From: a virus
Lineage: Duplodnaviria; Caudoviricetes
DNA length: 64,000 nucleotides
Direction: 5' to 3' (one strand)
Virus record (IMG/VR): IMGVR_UViG_3300021255_000042
Coordinates: 32,001-96,000 of that record
The translations under genes and the position numbers were made by a program. The notes below the pieces were generated by a model that worked only from the letters and a program-made list of their open reading frames with translations, did not search any database and had not been told where the DNA came from. Of the stretch, positions 35,660-45,645 are shown in pieces; position 1 is the first letter of the stretch; every line of letters starts with the position of its first letter.

Positions 35660-37435
35660 TTAAACCATGTACATCATTTGGAAGAAAGTTGTTACACCAT
35701 GATTACCTGCGTGATCGCAATAGCGGACGGTACACTTACGGCTGTTTGCGGCAATTACACAACCCCAGTCACGATAGCTGGATTCGAACACAACGGCCAT
35801 ATCCGGCGAGCTGATACCATTCGGAAGGGTGAACAAATCTCCGCTATGAGCCATTGAAACCGCACCCTGGATGAAGACGATGTTGCCTTTTTGACGGGCA
35901 TACACACCAACTTGACCACTGCACTGCTTCCAGCCGGTATCTCCCTGGATGGGTTCATAGCTGTCGGAAGAAGATGCGGCACCAATATTGGCGCGAATCT
36001 GAGCCTTCTTAGTCTCGTCCGTTGCCATATCGGCAAGGAGATTCGCCTTCGTGGGGCAAAGGCTTTTAACATCGCTCTGGCCCATCGCATCGATATGGCC
36101 ACGGAGAACGGCCTTGGTATTGGCACCACCGACAAACTGAGAGAGACCGCCGGTAAGCAGGCCATAGCGATTGTCGGACTGGGTGCGGGTGTAGATGGAC
36201 GAAGTGTCTGCCTTCAGAGCCATCGCCGTATTGTAGCTGGAAACCAAAACGTACTTCGTGCTGAGAAGTGTGCCGCCCTCCTTGATGGCCGGGCCGATAT
36301 TCACATAGCTTGCACCGGTGATTTCCACTTCACCCAGGGCGTTTGCAATCGAGAACAGCTTGCTTCCACTGGTGACGTAACCAATGTTGGCCATCACCTC
36401 GTTCGCGCTGTCACGGAATCCGATCGCCTTCAGCATATCGGCACTCGTCTTGGCATAGGTGGACTTGATAATGAGACCAACCGCATCGGCAGACTTGATG
36501 GTTGCCACTCCGTTGATTCCGACCGCTGAAGTGCTTCCAGTCACCTCAATAACAGCCACGCCCTTACCGTTGCCAATCTTCGTGTCACGGTAATAGGAGT
36601 TGCCGCCATTGTAACCCAGCATATTGATGTTGAGAACGCCCGCATCGGAGCTGGTGCCATCGTCATAAATATTGGTGCTGGCGAGTTTGACCGAACCACC
36701 CTTCACAGTATTGGCCGAGAATCCGAGAGACGTAGAAATGCCGCTGGAGCCGATGGTAAAAAGAAGATTGCTGCCAACGTAGAACTTTACGTTGCCGCCG
36801 TTATCAATGACGATCTTGTGCCAGGAGCCGTTCTCTTTCTTGGTCTGGATGATGAAGTCGGTACCATCCCAGTACATCTTACCCTCGTGATTGCCTGAGT
36901 TATTGTTGATACCGCCCTTCGTGGTGAGCGCGGTATTCATCGTAACAGCACCCTGGAAGGTAACTGCACCGGCAACCGCTTGGTTTCCAGATGCGGCGTT
37001 GAGCAGGAGGGCGTACTTGCCGAAGAACGCGTCCTTCATCGTCAACGCACCGGTAGAGGTGAACTTGATGTACTGAGGAACAGCGTTGGTAATCGGGTCA
37101 AGCGAAGACGGGACGGACGTGCCAATCGCGCATCCGTAGATATGACGGCCAACTTTCTCGGTGCCGCTTGCGTAGTCAACGTTCTCGATGGAATTGGCTT
37201 CGTAAATATAACGAGGCCACGTTGAAACGCCGGTTGCACCTGGGAAATACCTCAGTTCGCCGTTGATGAAAACGTAACCGCTGGAGATTGTAGTGCCGGA
37301 CACCTCGCATCCACTGACTACGAAATTATCGCACCCAGTAAAGATGGAGTTCAACGCAAGCGAAAGCTCTTGCAGATTGATTATGTCGTCCACATAGGTG
37401 TAGCGGCCACCAGTCTGTGCGTTAAAGTGTTTCAT
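35660..37435 (-). CDS. Tail fibre protein
   Basis: Gly/Ser/Thr-rich; KANLLAD...IRANIGA repeat; C-terminal DTGW...ARQKGNIVFIQG...LFTLP. Start MKHFN. Confidence 0.75.
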   Translation of the reverse strand: MKHFNAQTGGRYTYVDDIINLQELSLALNSIFTGCDNFVVSGCEVSGTTISSGYVFINGELRYFPGATGVSTWPRYIYEANSIENVDYASGTEKVGRHIYGCAIGTSVPSSLDPITNAVPQYIKFTSTGALTMKDAFFGKYALLLNAASGNQAVAGAVTFQGAVTMNTALTTKGGINNNSGNHEGKMYWDGTDFIIQTKKENGSWHKIVIDNGGNVKFYVGSNLLFTIGSSGISTSLGFSANTVKGGSVKLASTNIYDDGTSSDAGVLNINMLGYNGGNSYYRDTKIGNGKGVAVIEVTGSTSAVGINGVATIKSADAVGLIIKSTYAKTSADMLKAIGFRDSANEVMANIGYVTSGSKLFSIANALGEVEITGASYVNIGPAIKEGGTLLSTKYVLVSSYNTAMALKADTSSIYTRTQSDNRYGLLTGGLSQFVGGANTKAVLRGHIDAMGQSDVKSLCPTKANLLADMATDETKKAQIRANIGAASSSDSYEPIQGDTGWKQCSGQVGVYARQKGNIVFIQGAVSMAHSGDLFTLPNGISSPDMAVVFESSYRDWGCVIAANSRKCTVRYCDHAGNHGVTTFFQMMYMV

Positions 37436-37967
37436 TATTGAATTGAATTGAATATGTTTTACCTGCAAGTTTGTACTTATCGACCTGATACGCTACCATA
37501 GCCAGGTAATCAGCCCTGGAAATCTTGGTGGTATCGATTGCCGGTGAATACACCATAAAGCTCTTGTTGCCGAACGCTTCGTTCTCGTCCTCGTTGAACA
37601 AGATCATATTGTCGGCGATTGCATCGGATTCCCCTTCAAACCGTGTGACCTGGTGCTCAACGCCGGAAGCCTCCGTATTCTCCCAATGCAGTTCCGCGCC
37701 AAGGTGGCTGGCTGTCTGGATGGTAATGCCCTCTCCAGGGTTCAGGAAATACTTGCGGAACTTATGGTTCAGGAACCACTCAAATTTGATAACCTGGGAA
37801 GTCATAGCCGCCTCGATTCTTGTTTCTGCGGCCCAATACTTAAAGGCATCGTTCAAGTCCTGCAACGGCTTCAATATCGACTGAAGAAACAGTATCAGCT
37901 TTCTCCCACCAATATAGTGAGGGACAAGCTGATTGACTGTTTTATCGAAATTAATTCCGTATCTCAT
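37422..37967 (-). CDS. Baseplate wedge protein (gpI-like)
   Basis: Follows the J-like gene; QVIKFEWFLN and YKLAGKTY. Confidence 0.6.
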   Translation of the reverse strand: MRYGINFDKTVNQLVPHYIGGRKLILFLQSILKPLQDLNDAFKYWAAETRIEAAMTSQVIKFEWFLNHKFRKYFLNPGEGITIQTASHLGAELHWENTEASGVEHQVTRFEGESDAIADNMILFNEDENEAFGNKSFMVYSPAIDTTKISRADYLAMVAYQVDKYKLAGKTYSIQFNNETL

Positions 37968-37978
37968 TGTCGTGCCGG

Positions 37979-38890
37979 TTAGGATTCAACAACAAATGTC
38001 ATAGCAGACCTCCAGCCCTGGAAACCAGCTTCCTCGCCGGTCTCCGTACTTTGCTTCACATAGCCGCTGTTCGGAACAAAAGAACGAGTAACCCTTTGCT
38101 CATAAGTCAGCGTGTCAGCTGCCGGATCAACCGGAATGAGGTGGTCATCGTCATCATACATAACCACAAAGATTCCCTGGCTTGCGGATTCCGGGTTGAT
38201 GTAAACATCCACAACGTGCTCTGCGGACTGGATGGCATCAATAATCTTCTGGGCATAAACCGCTCCGTTGAAATCAACCTGGGAAATGAAATCGTTCAGA
38301 GACTTCTCGATGTTCTGGTAGAGGTCGTCTTCGGTAACGGCACCATCGTAGTAAACCGTGACCCTTGGAATAAGGATGTCACCCTTACGGCTGACGGCTT
38401 CCAGATGCGTACCGGCGAAGGCGATCTGCTTCAGGTAGGCGCGAATGGCAATCAATTCGTCAGTTTCGATGCGCTTATAACTGCCAGGATCGCCGGTCGC
38501 CAGCTTAAAGATGAGTTTCTTGTCGTAGAAGCCTTGCTCCTGAACCTCAGAATAGCTCACCTTGGTAATGATACGCTTGGATTCGTCAACGGTCGGATAG
38601 TTGAAGGTGGTTCCGTCATCGCTCACCTGGAGTTCATCGCCGGACTGATACTTCAACAGGGCACTTGCGTAGTATGCGGGCGTGCCGTTGATACGGTTCT
38701 GGATGTCAACTGCGATGTCGGTCTGAAACACCTCCATAATGTTCTCGAACGACCAAATGCACGCAGACACCACCCAGGTAAACGCGTCCAGGATAGACAT
38801 CTTGGAATCGTTCTTGAATTCGGTAAGCTGGAGGTATTCGTTGCGCTTGTCAACGGCTTCCTTGTATATTTCAGATAGTGTCCTTGCCAT
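37979..38890 (-). CDS. Baseplate J-like protein
   Basis: MARTLSEIY start, FNGAVYAQKIIDAIQ..EHVVD and position in the baseplate block. Confidence 0.65.
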   Translation of the reverse strand: MARTLSEIYKEAVDKRNEYLQLTEFKNDSKMSILDAFTWVVSACIWSFENIMEVFQTDIAVDIQNRINGTPAYYASALLKYQSGDELQVSDDGTTFNYPTVDESKRIITKVSYSEVQEQGFYDKKLIFKLATGDPGSYKRIETDELIAIRAYLKQIAFAGTHLEAVSRKGDILIPRVTVYYDGAVTEDDLYQNIEKSLNDFISQVDFNGAVYAQKIIDAIQSAEHVVDVYINPESASQGIFVVMYDDDDHLIPVDPAADTLTYEQRVTRSFVPNSGYVKQSTETGEEAGFQGWRSAMTFVVES

Positions 38891-38891
38891 T

Positions 38892-39764
38892 TTATGATGC
38901 AGTATAAATTGTTCCGTTAATATTGAATACCCACGCACCAGACTGATTCCAAGCACTTTCGTTGATGATGGTCTGGATGGCTGTCATACCGGTCGCAGTG
39001 GGTTCAGTTGTCAAATAGACGGTGCAGTTACGGCGCGTGCCGTAGTTGTTTACGATGTTCACCAGGTAATCATCGATAACCTCCGGCTCAATATGGGCAC
39101 CTCTCAGGTCAAGCTCCTGAAGGCTCATATTGTAGATCGGAGACAGGTCTTTGATAAGCATCCCGGTAAGATTGAGTACGACTGTCCCGCTGAACAAGAA
39201 TAGACCCTCCAGCGAATACTCGTTTGACTTACTGGTGAATTCATCCACGACAACCGGATAGAGAGTATAGAGGTTTCCGTTCAGCTCGGTCGTGTCAAAG
39301 GAGAGCAACGAGAAGTCACCGAATATCCGAATGACACGCTTATCGACCTGGTTGTCAAAGAAATGTTCAACCTTGACTTCGGTGTGTGTGAGATTGATTG
39401 CCTGGAGTTCGGAGTTGTCTCCCCAATCCACAAGCATCGTCCCCTCGCCGCTTACAATGATAGTCGAGAACTCAATGTCTTTCGGGACGTGAATCTGGAA
39501 GACTTGGTTCTCGGAAGGATTCTTGACATAGACGTGACGGGCACCATTGGCGGGCCGGTAGTTCTTGTTCCTGATCTCGTCCACGATACCCTGGTTCAGC
39601 ACAAAATAGTCGTGGTACTCCAGCACATCACCGGCCTTCAAATCGTACTCCATAGAAAGCCAGGAGTTCGTTATCAGGAGGTCGTAGATGCCTTCGACAG
39701 AGCCGTAGAGTTCTATGGCTATGTCGAAGATGTTCTGGTTCTTTTTTACTATATACTGTGCCAT
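38892..39764 (-). CDS. LysM/gpX-like baseplate protein with LRR-like extension
   Basis: QNIFDIAIELYGSVEG...N...LKAGDVL; later VDWGD and LQELDLRG. Confidence 0.6.
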   Translation of the reverse strand: MAQYIVKKNQNIFDIAIELYGSVEGIYDLLITNSWLSMEYDLKAGDVLEYHDYFVLNQGIVDEIRNKNYRPANGARHVYVKNPSENQVFQIHVPKDIEFSTIIVSGEGTMLVDWGDNSELQAINLTHTEVKVEHFFDNQVDKRVIRIFGDFSLLSFDTTELNGNLYTLYPVVVDEFTSKSNEYSLEGLFLFSGTVVLNLTGMLIKDLSPIYNMSLQELDLRGAHIEPEVIDDYLVNIVNNYGTRRNCTVYLTTEPTATGMTAIQTIINESAWNQSGAWVFNINGTIYTAS

Positions 39765-40453
39765 TAGTTCGTTGCGTCTGCGTTTGTCGTGTCAAGCTGG
39801 AGGGACAGTTGACGCGTGTTGAAATCATAGCTTGCGGAAATAACCGGCGTGCCGTCATCCGAGAACTCTTGTTGGAGGACGTTCGAGAGATCATTCCCTA
39901 TCATATTGCTCTGCTGCCAACGGATCAGACCAACGCCGGTTACTGGATAGCGGTAGTTGTTGGTAGGCACGCAGGCCAGCATCATGTTCGTGTTCTGGCG
40001 GTTGGCCTTGACCACATTAAGGTCGGTTTCTTCGGCAGAGTAAAGCTTGGCGATTCCTCCTTCCAGCATCAGGAAGAAGGAATTCTCGGAGATACGGAGA
40101 AGCTGGGAAGCGAAGGCGTTCTCGAATTCGCCACCATACAGCGCAGTCTTCACCAGGAACCAATCTGAGCCGTCAACAGGGTTCTGGACGTATGCCGAGT
40201 TGGTCTCTGAATACACGCGCTTGATGCGCACATAGAATTCTTTGTACTTTCCGGTATAAGGAATCACGAAGTACAAACCCTTGCTCCAAATGGAATCCAA
40301 CGGTAAAGCTGCTGGAACAACGATCTCGCCATAGATGTACCTGGTGAGGCCGTTTGGATTGGAGACCCAGGAGAAGTCGTGTAGTTCGTACTTCGCCTGG
40401 GAAGGGAGTGTTATGTCTCCGGTGTTGATATGTATTTCGAAGTCTCTACGCAT
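39764..40453 (-). CDS. Baseplate protein (gp25/gpW-like C-terminus)
   Basis: YRYPVTGVG motif and position. Confidence 0.5.
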   Translation of the reverse strand: MRRDFEIHINTGDITLPSQAKYELHDFSWVSNPNGLTRYIYGEIVVPAALPLDSIWSKGLYFVIPYTGKYKEFYVRIKRVYSETNSAYVQNPVDGSDWFLVKTALYGGEFENAFASQLLRISENSFFLMLEGGIAKLYSAEETDLNVVKANRQNTNMMLACVPTNNYRYPVTGVGLIRWQQSNMIGNDLSNVLQQEFSDDGTPVISASYDFNTRQLSLQLDTTNADATN

Positions 40454-43146
40454 TATATTCCATTTATAGTCCTATACGACACATCAAACCATTCGTCAAT
40501 ATTAAATATCTGGAAGAAGCAACCGCCATCGTTTCTTGTATCGTCATCAGAAATTGAAATCTGGAATGATGAGCCAGACACATTTGTTATAGTCGGCTTT
40601 ACAGAACTATTGTTGGCTGTGTCAAGACCAGTCGCCATAACTATATAATGATCTACCGAAAGTCCCCAAGAAGATGGCATCGTAATAGTATATAGTCCCG
40701 TATCAGCCCTGCTAACAATTAATTGCGAGTTATCAAACGTTCTATATTTCAATACCGTTGCAGAAGAAGTAGAAGCACCTCTAAGCACACCCTGGGCAAT
40801 ACAACGCAAATCCCTTCCGTAAATTCCGGTGGTTGCTATATTTGCACGGCTAATAACAATCCATCCAAAAAACGTTGTTTTTGTTCCATACCCCTTCAGA
40901 ACAATTATTTCACGGCTAAATCCAATAGACGATAGTGCCAAACCATTCTCAAAAAGTTTGTTTCCTCCACCAGCAACTTTTATAGTATATGAACCAGATG
41001 CGACACTACCGCCCTCTGTCATATAATGCGTAAAAGTCAATGTCCTTCCACTCTGCGATGGATCGCAAGGAAGCTCTAAGTCTCCGCTACCTGTAACAGA
41101 TATATTGTCAAAATATAAATATGGACGATTCAGAATATCCGTTGCGCTGCCATCTGGATCATCCCAATCCCAATATATCTCATTAACATTTTTCCATGCA
41201 AATCTACTCTGAAGAACCCCATTAACGTGTACATTATCCAATGTAGCACCCGTAGAGTACATTTTGCCATCTTGTTGAACCCTAAATGGTGCCGTACTTC
41301 TATTTGCATGGGTTGAACCGGCCCAAATACGAATGGATGTTTCTGCATTCCCTTCCGAACAAATACCTGCATTCGCTAATTGTAAACACCCACTACCAGA
41401 TACGCTAAGTGTTCCTGTAAGTGAAAGGGAGCCGGTATCAGTCCACGCAATTTTACCACTTGCAAAACTGCCACTTCCATCAGGGCTTAATATCCAAGCT
41501 GGAGAATTGCCATTTCCACTCTTTACAGTTCCACCGTAAAAAGTCAAGTTCCCAGACACATCCCATCCTATCTTTCCACTTGCAATACTGCCACTTCCAT
41601 TTGCCGCCCATGCAATTTTACCTCCTGCCAACTTACCACTTCCGTCTGCTTCAAATCTCCACGCTGGGCCAGCTAATATTCCAGAAGAGCCAATAATAAC
41701 AGAACCACTGCTCTGCGTAAATCCATCATTATTACATAAGTCGCTTCCAGACCAAATATGTGTATTGTCAAATTTCCAGCCAGCTATCCTATGGCCATTT
41801 GTACCGAGCCTAAATACAAGATTACCACCTGCATACCCAGCCAATTCATGGAAGTTATCGTGCGCTGTAATATAAATTCCAGTTCCGGCTGCAATATTAG
41901 CAGTAAGCCCGGAAACCGCTACATTGCTAATGTCTGAAGAAGAAACATACAACCCAGCATTACCGTTCGTTCCAACAATCATCGCATAGGTTCCATACAA
42001 CTTCTCATCATCGAAGTGCCAACCAGCAATGAAGTTCGAGCTTCCAAGTGCAAAAGCCTGGTGATATTTGGTAACAGTTTCGTTATCAATGGTTTCTTCC
42101 GTAGCTGGAAGCCAAGCCTCCAAGCCATAGTCGCCAGAAGACGTATAGTACATCTTAACACCACCATCGGTTTTCAGGGCGGCGGTATAAGCATTTGCCG
42201 TATTCTGATAGTTGTCTGATGCGAGAACCATAATCGCTGAGACATTGCTATCAAGAACTACGTGAGCCTTATGGATTGCGTTTTCAGAGATCAGCCAGTT
42301 ACCAATCTTTCCAGAACCGGCTTCAATTTGACCCTTATACTCTGCGCTACCGTTTGCATAGAACTTAATGTTGCCCTTTGCAAACTCAGCATTACCATCG
42401 CGCTTCAACTGATAAATCGTGTCGCCATTATTATCCTTTGCGATGATAGAACCAGAAGAAAGAAGCTGGAGAGAATAACCCGACACGGAATCAACGGTCG
42501 ATATTCCTCCAGTCTCTATATTCCAGCCGCCAATCGAGGCCCCGTTGGAGTTGATATGGAAGACCTCGCTGGTGATGGTATGGCCGGTATTCGAAGGATC
42601 AGGCACGGCCTTGTAGCCGTAAATACCTGCGCCCGCCGTATCAGGGCCAAGATACACACCGGTCAAGGAATTGTCGGAATCCTTTGCACCGGCAAAAATC
42701 TTCGGGGTGACGATTGATGCACCGCCGATCGAGGTGCGCCTTCCATCCCAGTCCTGAATCCAGTCGAGCATCGAGCTTTCCCTTACAACCGTGAACGGGA
42801 AGCTGGAAAGTATCTCAAATGCGCTGAGCGTCACTTTCACTCCAAGGCTTCCGTTCAGTATGGTTGTCGGAATGGCCGTAATCTGCAACCGAACCGTGTA
42901 GGTATCGATTGCCGTCAGGGAATAAGTGATGTTGTTATTCGACCTGGAAGGGATTGTGATGTTGGAAGTCGTAATTGCCAGCTTCACATCACCGCGCACC
43001 ACGTTTATGTCGGTGTAGGCGTATGTCAGAACCGGGTTAGAGCCGTCAAAGTCCGCGTGAACAACACACGAACTTGGACTGAATACCACTGAGCAAGCGT
43101 CACTTACTGCGGTCAGGGTTATGCCATTTCTTCCTAATTCCGACAT
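40453..43146 (-). CDS. Tail fibre/spike protein with IAGW and SGxLAxGKIxW repeats
   Basis: 897 aa with repeated IGGW/IGNW/IAGW and APFRVQQDG. Confidence 0.75.
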   Translation of the reverse strand: MSELGRNGITLTAVSDACSVVFSPSSCVVHADFDGSNPVLTYAYTDINVVRGDVKLAITTSNITIPSRSNNNITYSLTAIDTYTVRLQITAIPTTILNGSLGVKVTLSAFEILSSFPFTVVRESSMLDWIQDWDGRRTSIGGASIVTPKIFAGAKDSDNSLTGVYLGPDTAGAGIYGYKAVPDPSNTGHTITSEVFHINSNGASIGGWNIETGGISTVDSVSGYSLQLLSSGSIIAKDNNGDTIYQLKRDGNAEFAKGNIKFYANGSAEYKGQIEAGSGKIGNWLISENAIHKAHVVLDSNVSAIMVLASDNYQNTANAYTAALKTDGGVKMYYTSSGDYGLEAWLPATEETIDNETVTKYHQAFALGSSNFIAGWHFDDEKLYGTYAMIVGTNGNAGLYVSSSDISNVAVSGLTANIAAGTGIYITAHDNFHELAGYAGGNLVFRLGTNGHRIAGWKFDNTHIWSGSDLCNNDGFTQSSGSVIIGSSGILAGPAWRFEADGSGKLAGGKIAWAANGSGSIASGKIGWDVSGNLTFYGGTVKSGNGNSPAWILSPDGSGSFASGKIAWTDTGSLSLTGTLSVSGSGCLQLANAGICSEGNAETSIRIWAGSTHANRSTAPFRVQQDGKMYSTGATLDNVHVNGVLQSRFAWKNVNEIYWDWDDPDGSATDILNRPYLYFDNISVTGSGDLELPCDPSQSGRTLTFTHYMTEGGSVASGSYTIKVAGGGNKLFENGLALSSIGFSREIIVLKGYGTKTTFFGWIVISRANIATTGIYGRDLRCIAQGVLRGASTSSATVLKYRTFDNSQLIVSRADTGLYTITMPSSWGLSVDHYIVMATGLDTANNSSVKPTITNVSGSSFQISISDDDTRNDGGCFFQIFNIDEWFDVSYRTINGI

Positions 43147-43161
43147 ACAGGTGCTTTTGAA

Positions 43162-43192
43162 AAAGAATAGCCGATATGCCGACTATTTGTTT
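43162..43192 (-). promoter_or_regulatory. Putative phage late promoter (AAACAA-N16-CTATTCTTT)
   Basis: Same motif and spacer; would restart late transcription downstream of the DGR. Confidence 0.65.
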
Positions 43193-43194
43193 GG

Positions 43195-43581
43195 CTATTC
43201 CGCTTCAAAGGGCGATTTCGGAGCGTCTGCGTCATCAAGTTTTCCGGCTCCGAAATCCCTGCCGATTTGCTTTGCGTAACCCCTGAAGAGTTGCATTGTA
43301 TTCCAGGTTGCAATCGCATCCGCATCGTCAGGGTCAAGCATATAGTTGTTGACAATGGCCTGCATTGCATCGGAACCATACTCGTGATTAATGATGGCGG
43401 CCACGATAGAGCCATAATCTACCACGCCGGGCTCCAGGGTGACGGAATCCCAGCGATACTTGCCCTGATCCTCATCATTGACTTCCTGGAGATTGTAGTT
43501 GAGCGTCAAAACCGGCACGCCCAGATGCCTTGAATAAGATACCGCCTTGGGTATTTCATTACCGTAATTCCATGTTTTCAT
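43195..43581 (-). CDS. Small tail-fibre-associated protein
   Basis: 128 aa with TAATG overlap on the RT stop; AII..EY..DAMQAIVNNY motif. Confidence 0.6.
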   Translation of the reverse strand: MKTWNYGNEIPKAVSYSRHLGVPVLTLNYNLQEVNDEDQGKYRWDSVTLEPGVVDYGSIVAAIINHEYGSDAMQAIVNNYMLDPDDADAIATWNTMQLFRGYAKQIGRDFGAGKLDDADAPKSPFEAE

Positions 43582-45056
43582 TATGCTGCTTGTGTTTGAA
43601 ATAATCGAGTTCTTAACCTGTAATTCTTTCTAAGTTTGACTATCTGGAGGTGGCCTTTTATGTAGCAGAGCTTCCAAAAGAACTGGAGTTTGTTGCTCAG
43701 GAATTCACGCGCTCGAATAGCATAGCTGTTTGTGTGAACCATCGTTCCAAGATAAGAATTCAGGCTGTCAATATCATGTTCCAGGAGCTTTGTATGCTTG
43801 ACAGACAATTCACCATATTCGCTTTTCTCACACACCATCTCGAAACAGAAATTCTCAAACAATTTGAGCTTGTTGACGAACGATGACACAGAACGGTTTG
43901 ATGTGAACCGTCTTCCAGGCTTAAGAAACGTACCAACGAAATTAACGCCCTTACGGGCCTCCTGAACGTAAACCTTATCACAGTGTAACGAAAGCTTCAA
44001 GTTCTCTTCCAGCCAATCACAAGCCATCTTGTGTATGCGCGTGACAACCTTCTTCCCATCGAAGTCAAGCGTAGTGGGCACCACAATCACAAAGTCATCA
44101 ACAAACCGGATATATTCGCCACCGCACTCCGCAAGCAATGCCAAAATCCATTCATCAAAGAACGACATATAATAGTTAGCGAAGAGCTGGGAGGTGAGGT
44201 TGCCTATTGGCATACCTTTACTCCGGTCGATGCAGAAAAGGCTCTTGTGGGGCGGCAGATAATCCCAGAGCTTTACGTTACCCTTTCGGATGCAGTTATC
44301 CTGAGGACAATGGTTAATAATGATGTTGCAGAGATACAGAAGCGTGTCTTTGTCGTCCCCTTGGTACTTGGTCTCTATGAGCTCCGTAATCAGCTTAGTC
44401 ATTATAGCCTTGTCGATTGTCATAAAGAATGAACGGAGATCAAACTTTCCTATCCACGCCTCACGCGTATATCCCTGAGTTACTCTATCAATTTTCTTCT
44501 CCAGGGTGTCAACTGCCATAAGGGTTCCGAATCCTTCACGGCAGTTAAATGATACATTGCCCTGGGAAACGAACCGTTCTTCGAACAATGGGTTCAACCG
44601 GAGACAAACCCAGTGCTGGACGATACGGTCGCGGAAATTTGCCGCAAACACCTCACGTATCTTTGGCCGTGTTACTATGAAGCAGATGCTCGTAGATGGC
44701 TCATAGCGTCTCTCATCGACTTCCTGCATCAGATGAAGCAGGTCGTCTTCGTAAATAGAACGATAAAAGGTACATTGACTACTTGACTTCTTTTTCTTAC
44801 AACAGTCTTCAAACGCCTCAATCCATCCTGCTATCCTATCATCACCAGATGCCGCAACAGCACGCACATAGTTGTTGTTGTACTTGTTGTTGTTGTTCAC
44901 GTTGCCATTATTGAAGTTCACGTTCCAGGCGTTGTTGGCCGAGTTCTCCGTGGAGGCCGCTAATACGCACACTATGTTTTTCTTAACTAAATCCGATGCT
45001 TTACGACCGAATCCAGTGGTGCGCCCATTTAATGAATGATAAGAGTACCCAATCAT
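43581..45056 (-). CDS. DGR reverse transcriptase
   Basis: PKIREVFAANFRDRIVQH, KFDLRSFF, GMPIGNLTSQ (DGR SQ motif), YIRFVDDF and FVG. Exact start uncertain (45056 ATG or 45071). Confidence 0.93.
   Translation of the reverse strand: MIGYSYHSLNGRTTGFGRKASDLVKKNIVCVLAASTENSANNAWNVNFNNGNVNNNNKYNNNYVRAVAASGDDRIAGWIEAFEDCCKKKKSSSQCTFYRSIYEDDLLHLMQEVDERRYEPSTSICFIVTRPKIREVFAANFRDRIVQHWVCLRLNPLFEERFVSQGNVSFNCREGFGTLMAVDTLEKKIDRVTQGYTREAWIGKFDLRSFFMTIDKAIMTKLITELIETKYQGDDKDTLLYLCNIIINHCPQDNCIRKGNVKLWDYLPPHKSLFCIDRSKGMPIGNLTSQLFANYYMSFFDEWILALLAECGGEYIRFVDDFVIVVPTTLDFDGKKVVTRIHKMACDWLEENLKLSLHCDKVYVQEARKGVNFVGTFLKPGRRFTSNRSVSSFVNKLKLFENFCFEMVCEKSEYGELSVKHTKLLEHDIDSLNSYLGTMVHTNSYAIRAREFLSNKLQFFWKLCYIKGHLQIVKLRKNYRLRTRLFQTQAA
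44849..44958 (-). repeat. DGR template repeat (TR)
   Basis: 110-nt ungapped match to VR; AAC-rich; all mismatches fall at TR adenines. Confidence 0.95.
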
Positions 45057-45097
45057 AATCGTAATTAACAAAAAGGTCTCGTGCCGCGAATACTAAT

Positions 45098-45514
45098 TCA
45101 CTCGCCTTCTGGATCGCTGGGCCTGCCTTTAGAAAGGTCGCGTTTGGTTTTCCTTTCCCAACCAAATAACTGTTTACCAATGCTCTCAGTGTATTGGAGA
45201 TAGGCCGCTTTCTGTTTCGGGCTGATAAAATGGATGCTTTTACTTCGGGAGCAATATTCGTAGAGGGAATCCAACAACGATTTTACCTCTTCGAAGGACA
45301 AAATTGCTCCTTCAATAGCTTCCAGCCTTACTTGGCTATCCGTATGCTTTAATGCAACACGCACATAGGCTTCCGTTTCCATAAGGGAATCGGTAAGGCT
45401 ATCGGCCACGTGTTGTAAACGCCGCGAATTAGTTGGAATCCTATCACCGACAGGAATCCACCAGCAGAATAGATTTTCGATTTGTCGTCCGACCGATGAT
45501 TGCTTAGAAGTCAT
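45098..45514 (-). CDS. avd: DGR accessory variability determinant (Avd-like four-helix bundle)
   Basis: 138-aa helical ORF with IGKQLFGW motif, between target and TR/RT. Confidence 0.8.
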   Translation of the reverse strand: MTSKQSSVGRQIENLFCWWIPVGDRIPTNSRRLQHVADSLTDSLMETEAYVRVALKHTDSQVRLEAIEGAILSFEEVKSLLDSLYEYCSRSKSIHFISPKQKAAYLQYTESIGKQLFGWERKTKRDLSKGRPSDPEGE

Positions 45515-45594
45515 TTAGTCAATGTACCATAAATCGTTAATTATTAATAAGTTACAAAATCACATCGATTTTCAAAATCAATTTGGCTTTTTCG

Positions 45595-45620
45595 AGGCCG
45601 CCGCGTCAAAGCGGCGGCCT
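45595..45620. promoter_or_regulatory. DGR target-recognition hairpin/cruciform downstream of VR
   Basis: Perfect 10-bp stem AGGCCGCCGC-GTCAAA-GCGGCGGCCT, 25 nt past the target stop. Confidence 0.8.
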
Positions 45621-45645
45621 GAAAAATCGACTTCAAGGGCTACAC

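Noticed and set aside
35660-43146. Additional DGR variable regions in other tail genes
   Set aside because: The C-termini of the 602-aa and 897-aa proteins show no similarity to TR by eye.
44860-44940. (TTG)n/AAC runs as a microsatellite or CRISPR-like repeat
   Set aside because: Explained as the AAC codons of the DGR template repeat. No repeat-spacer array was seen anywhere in the window.
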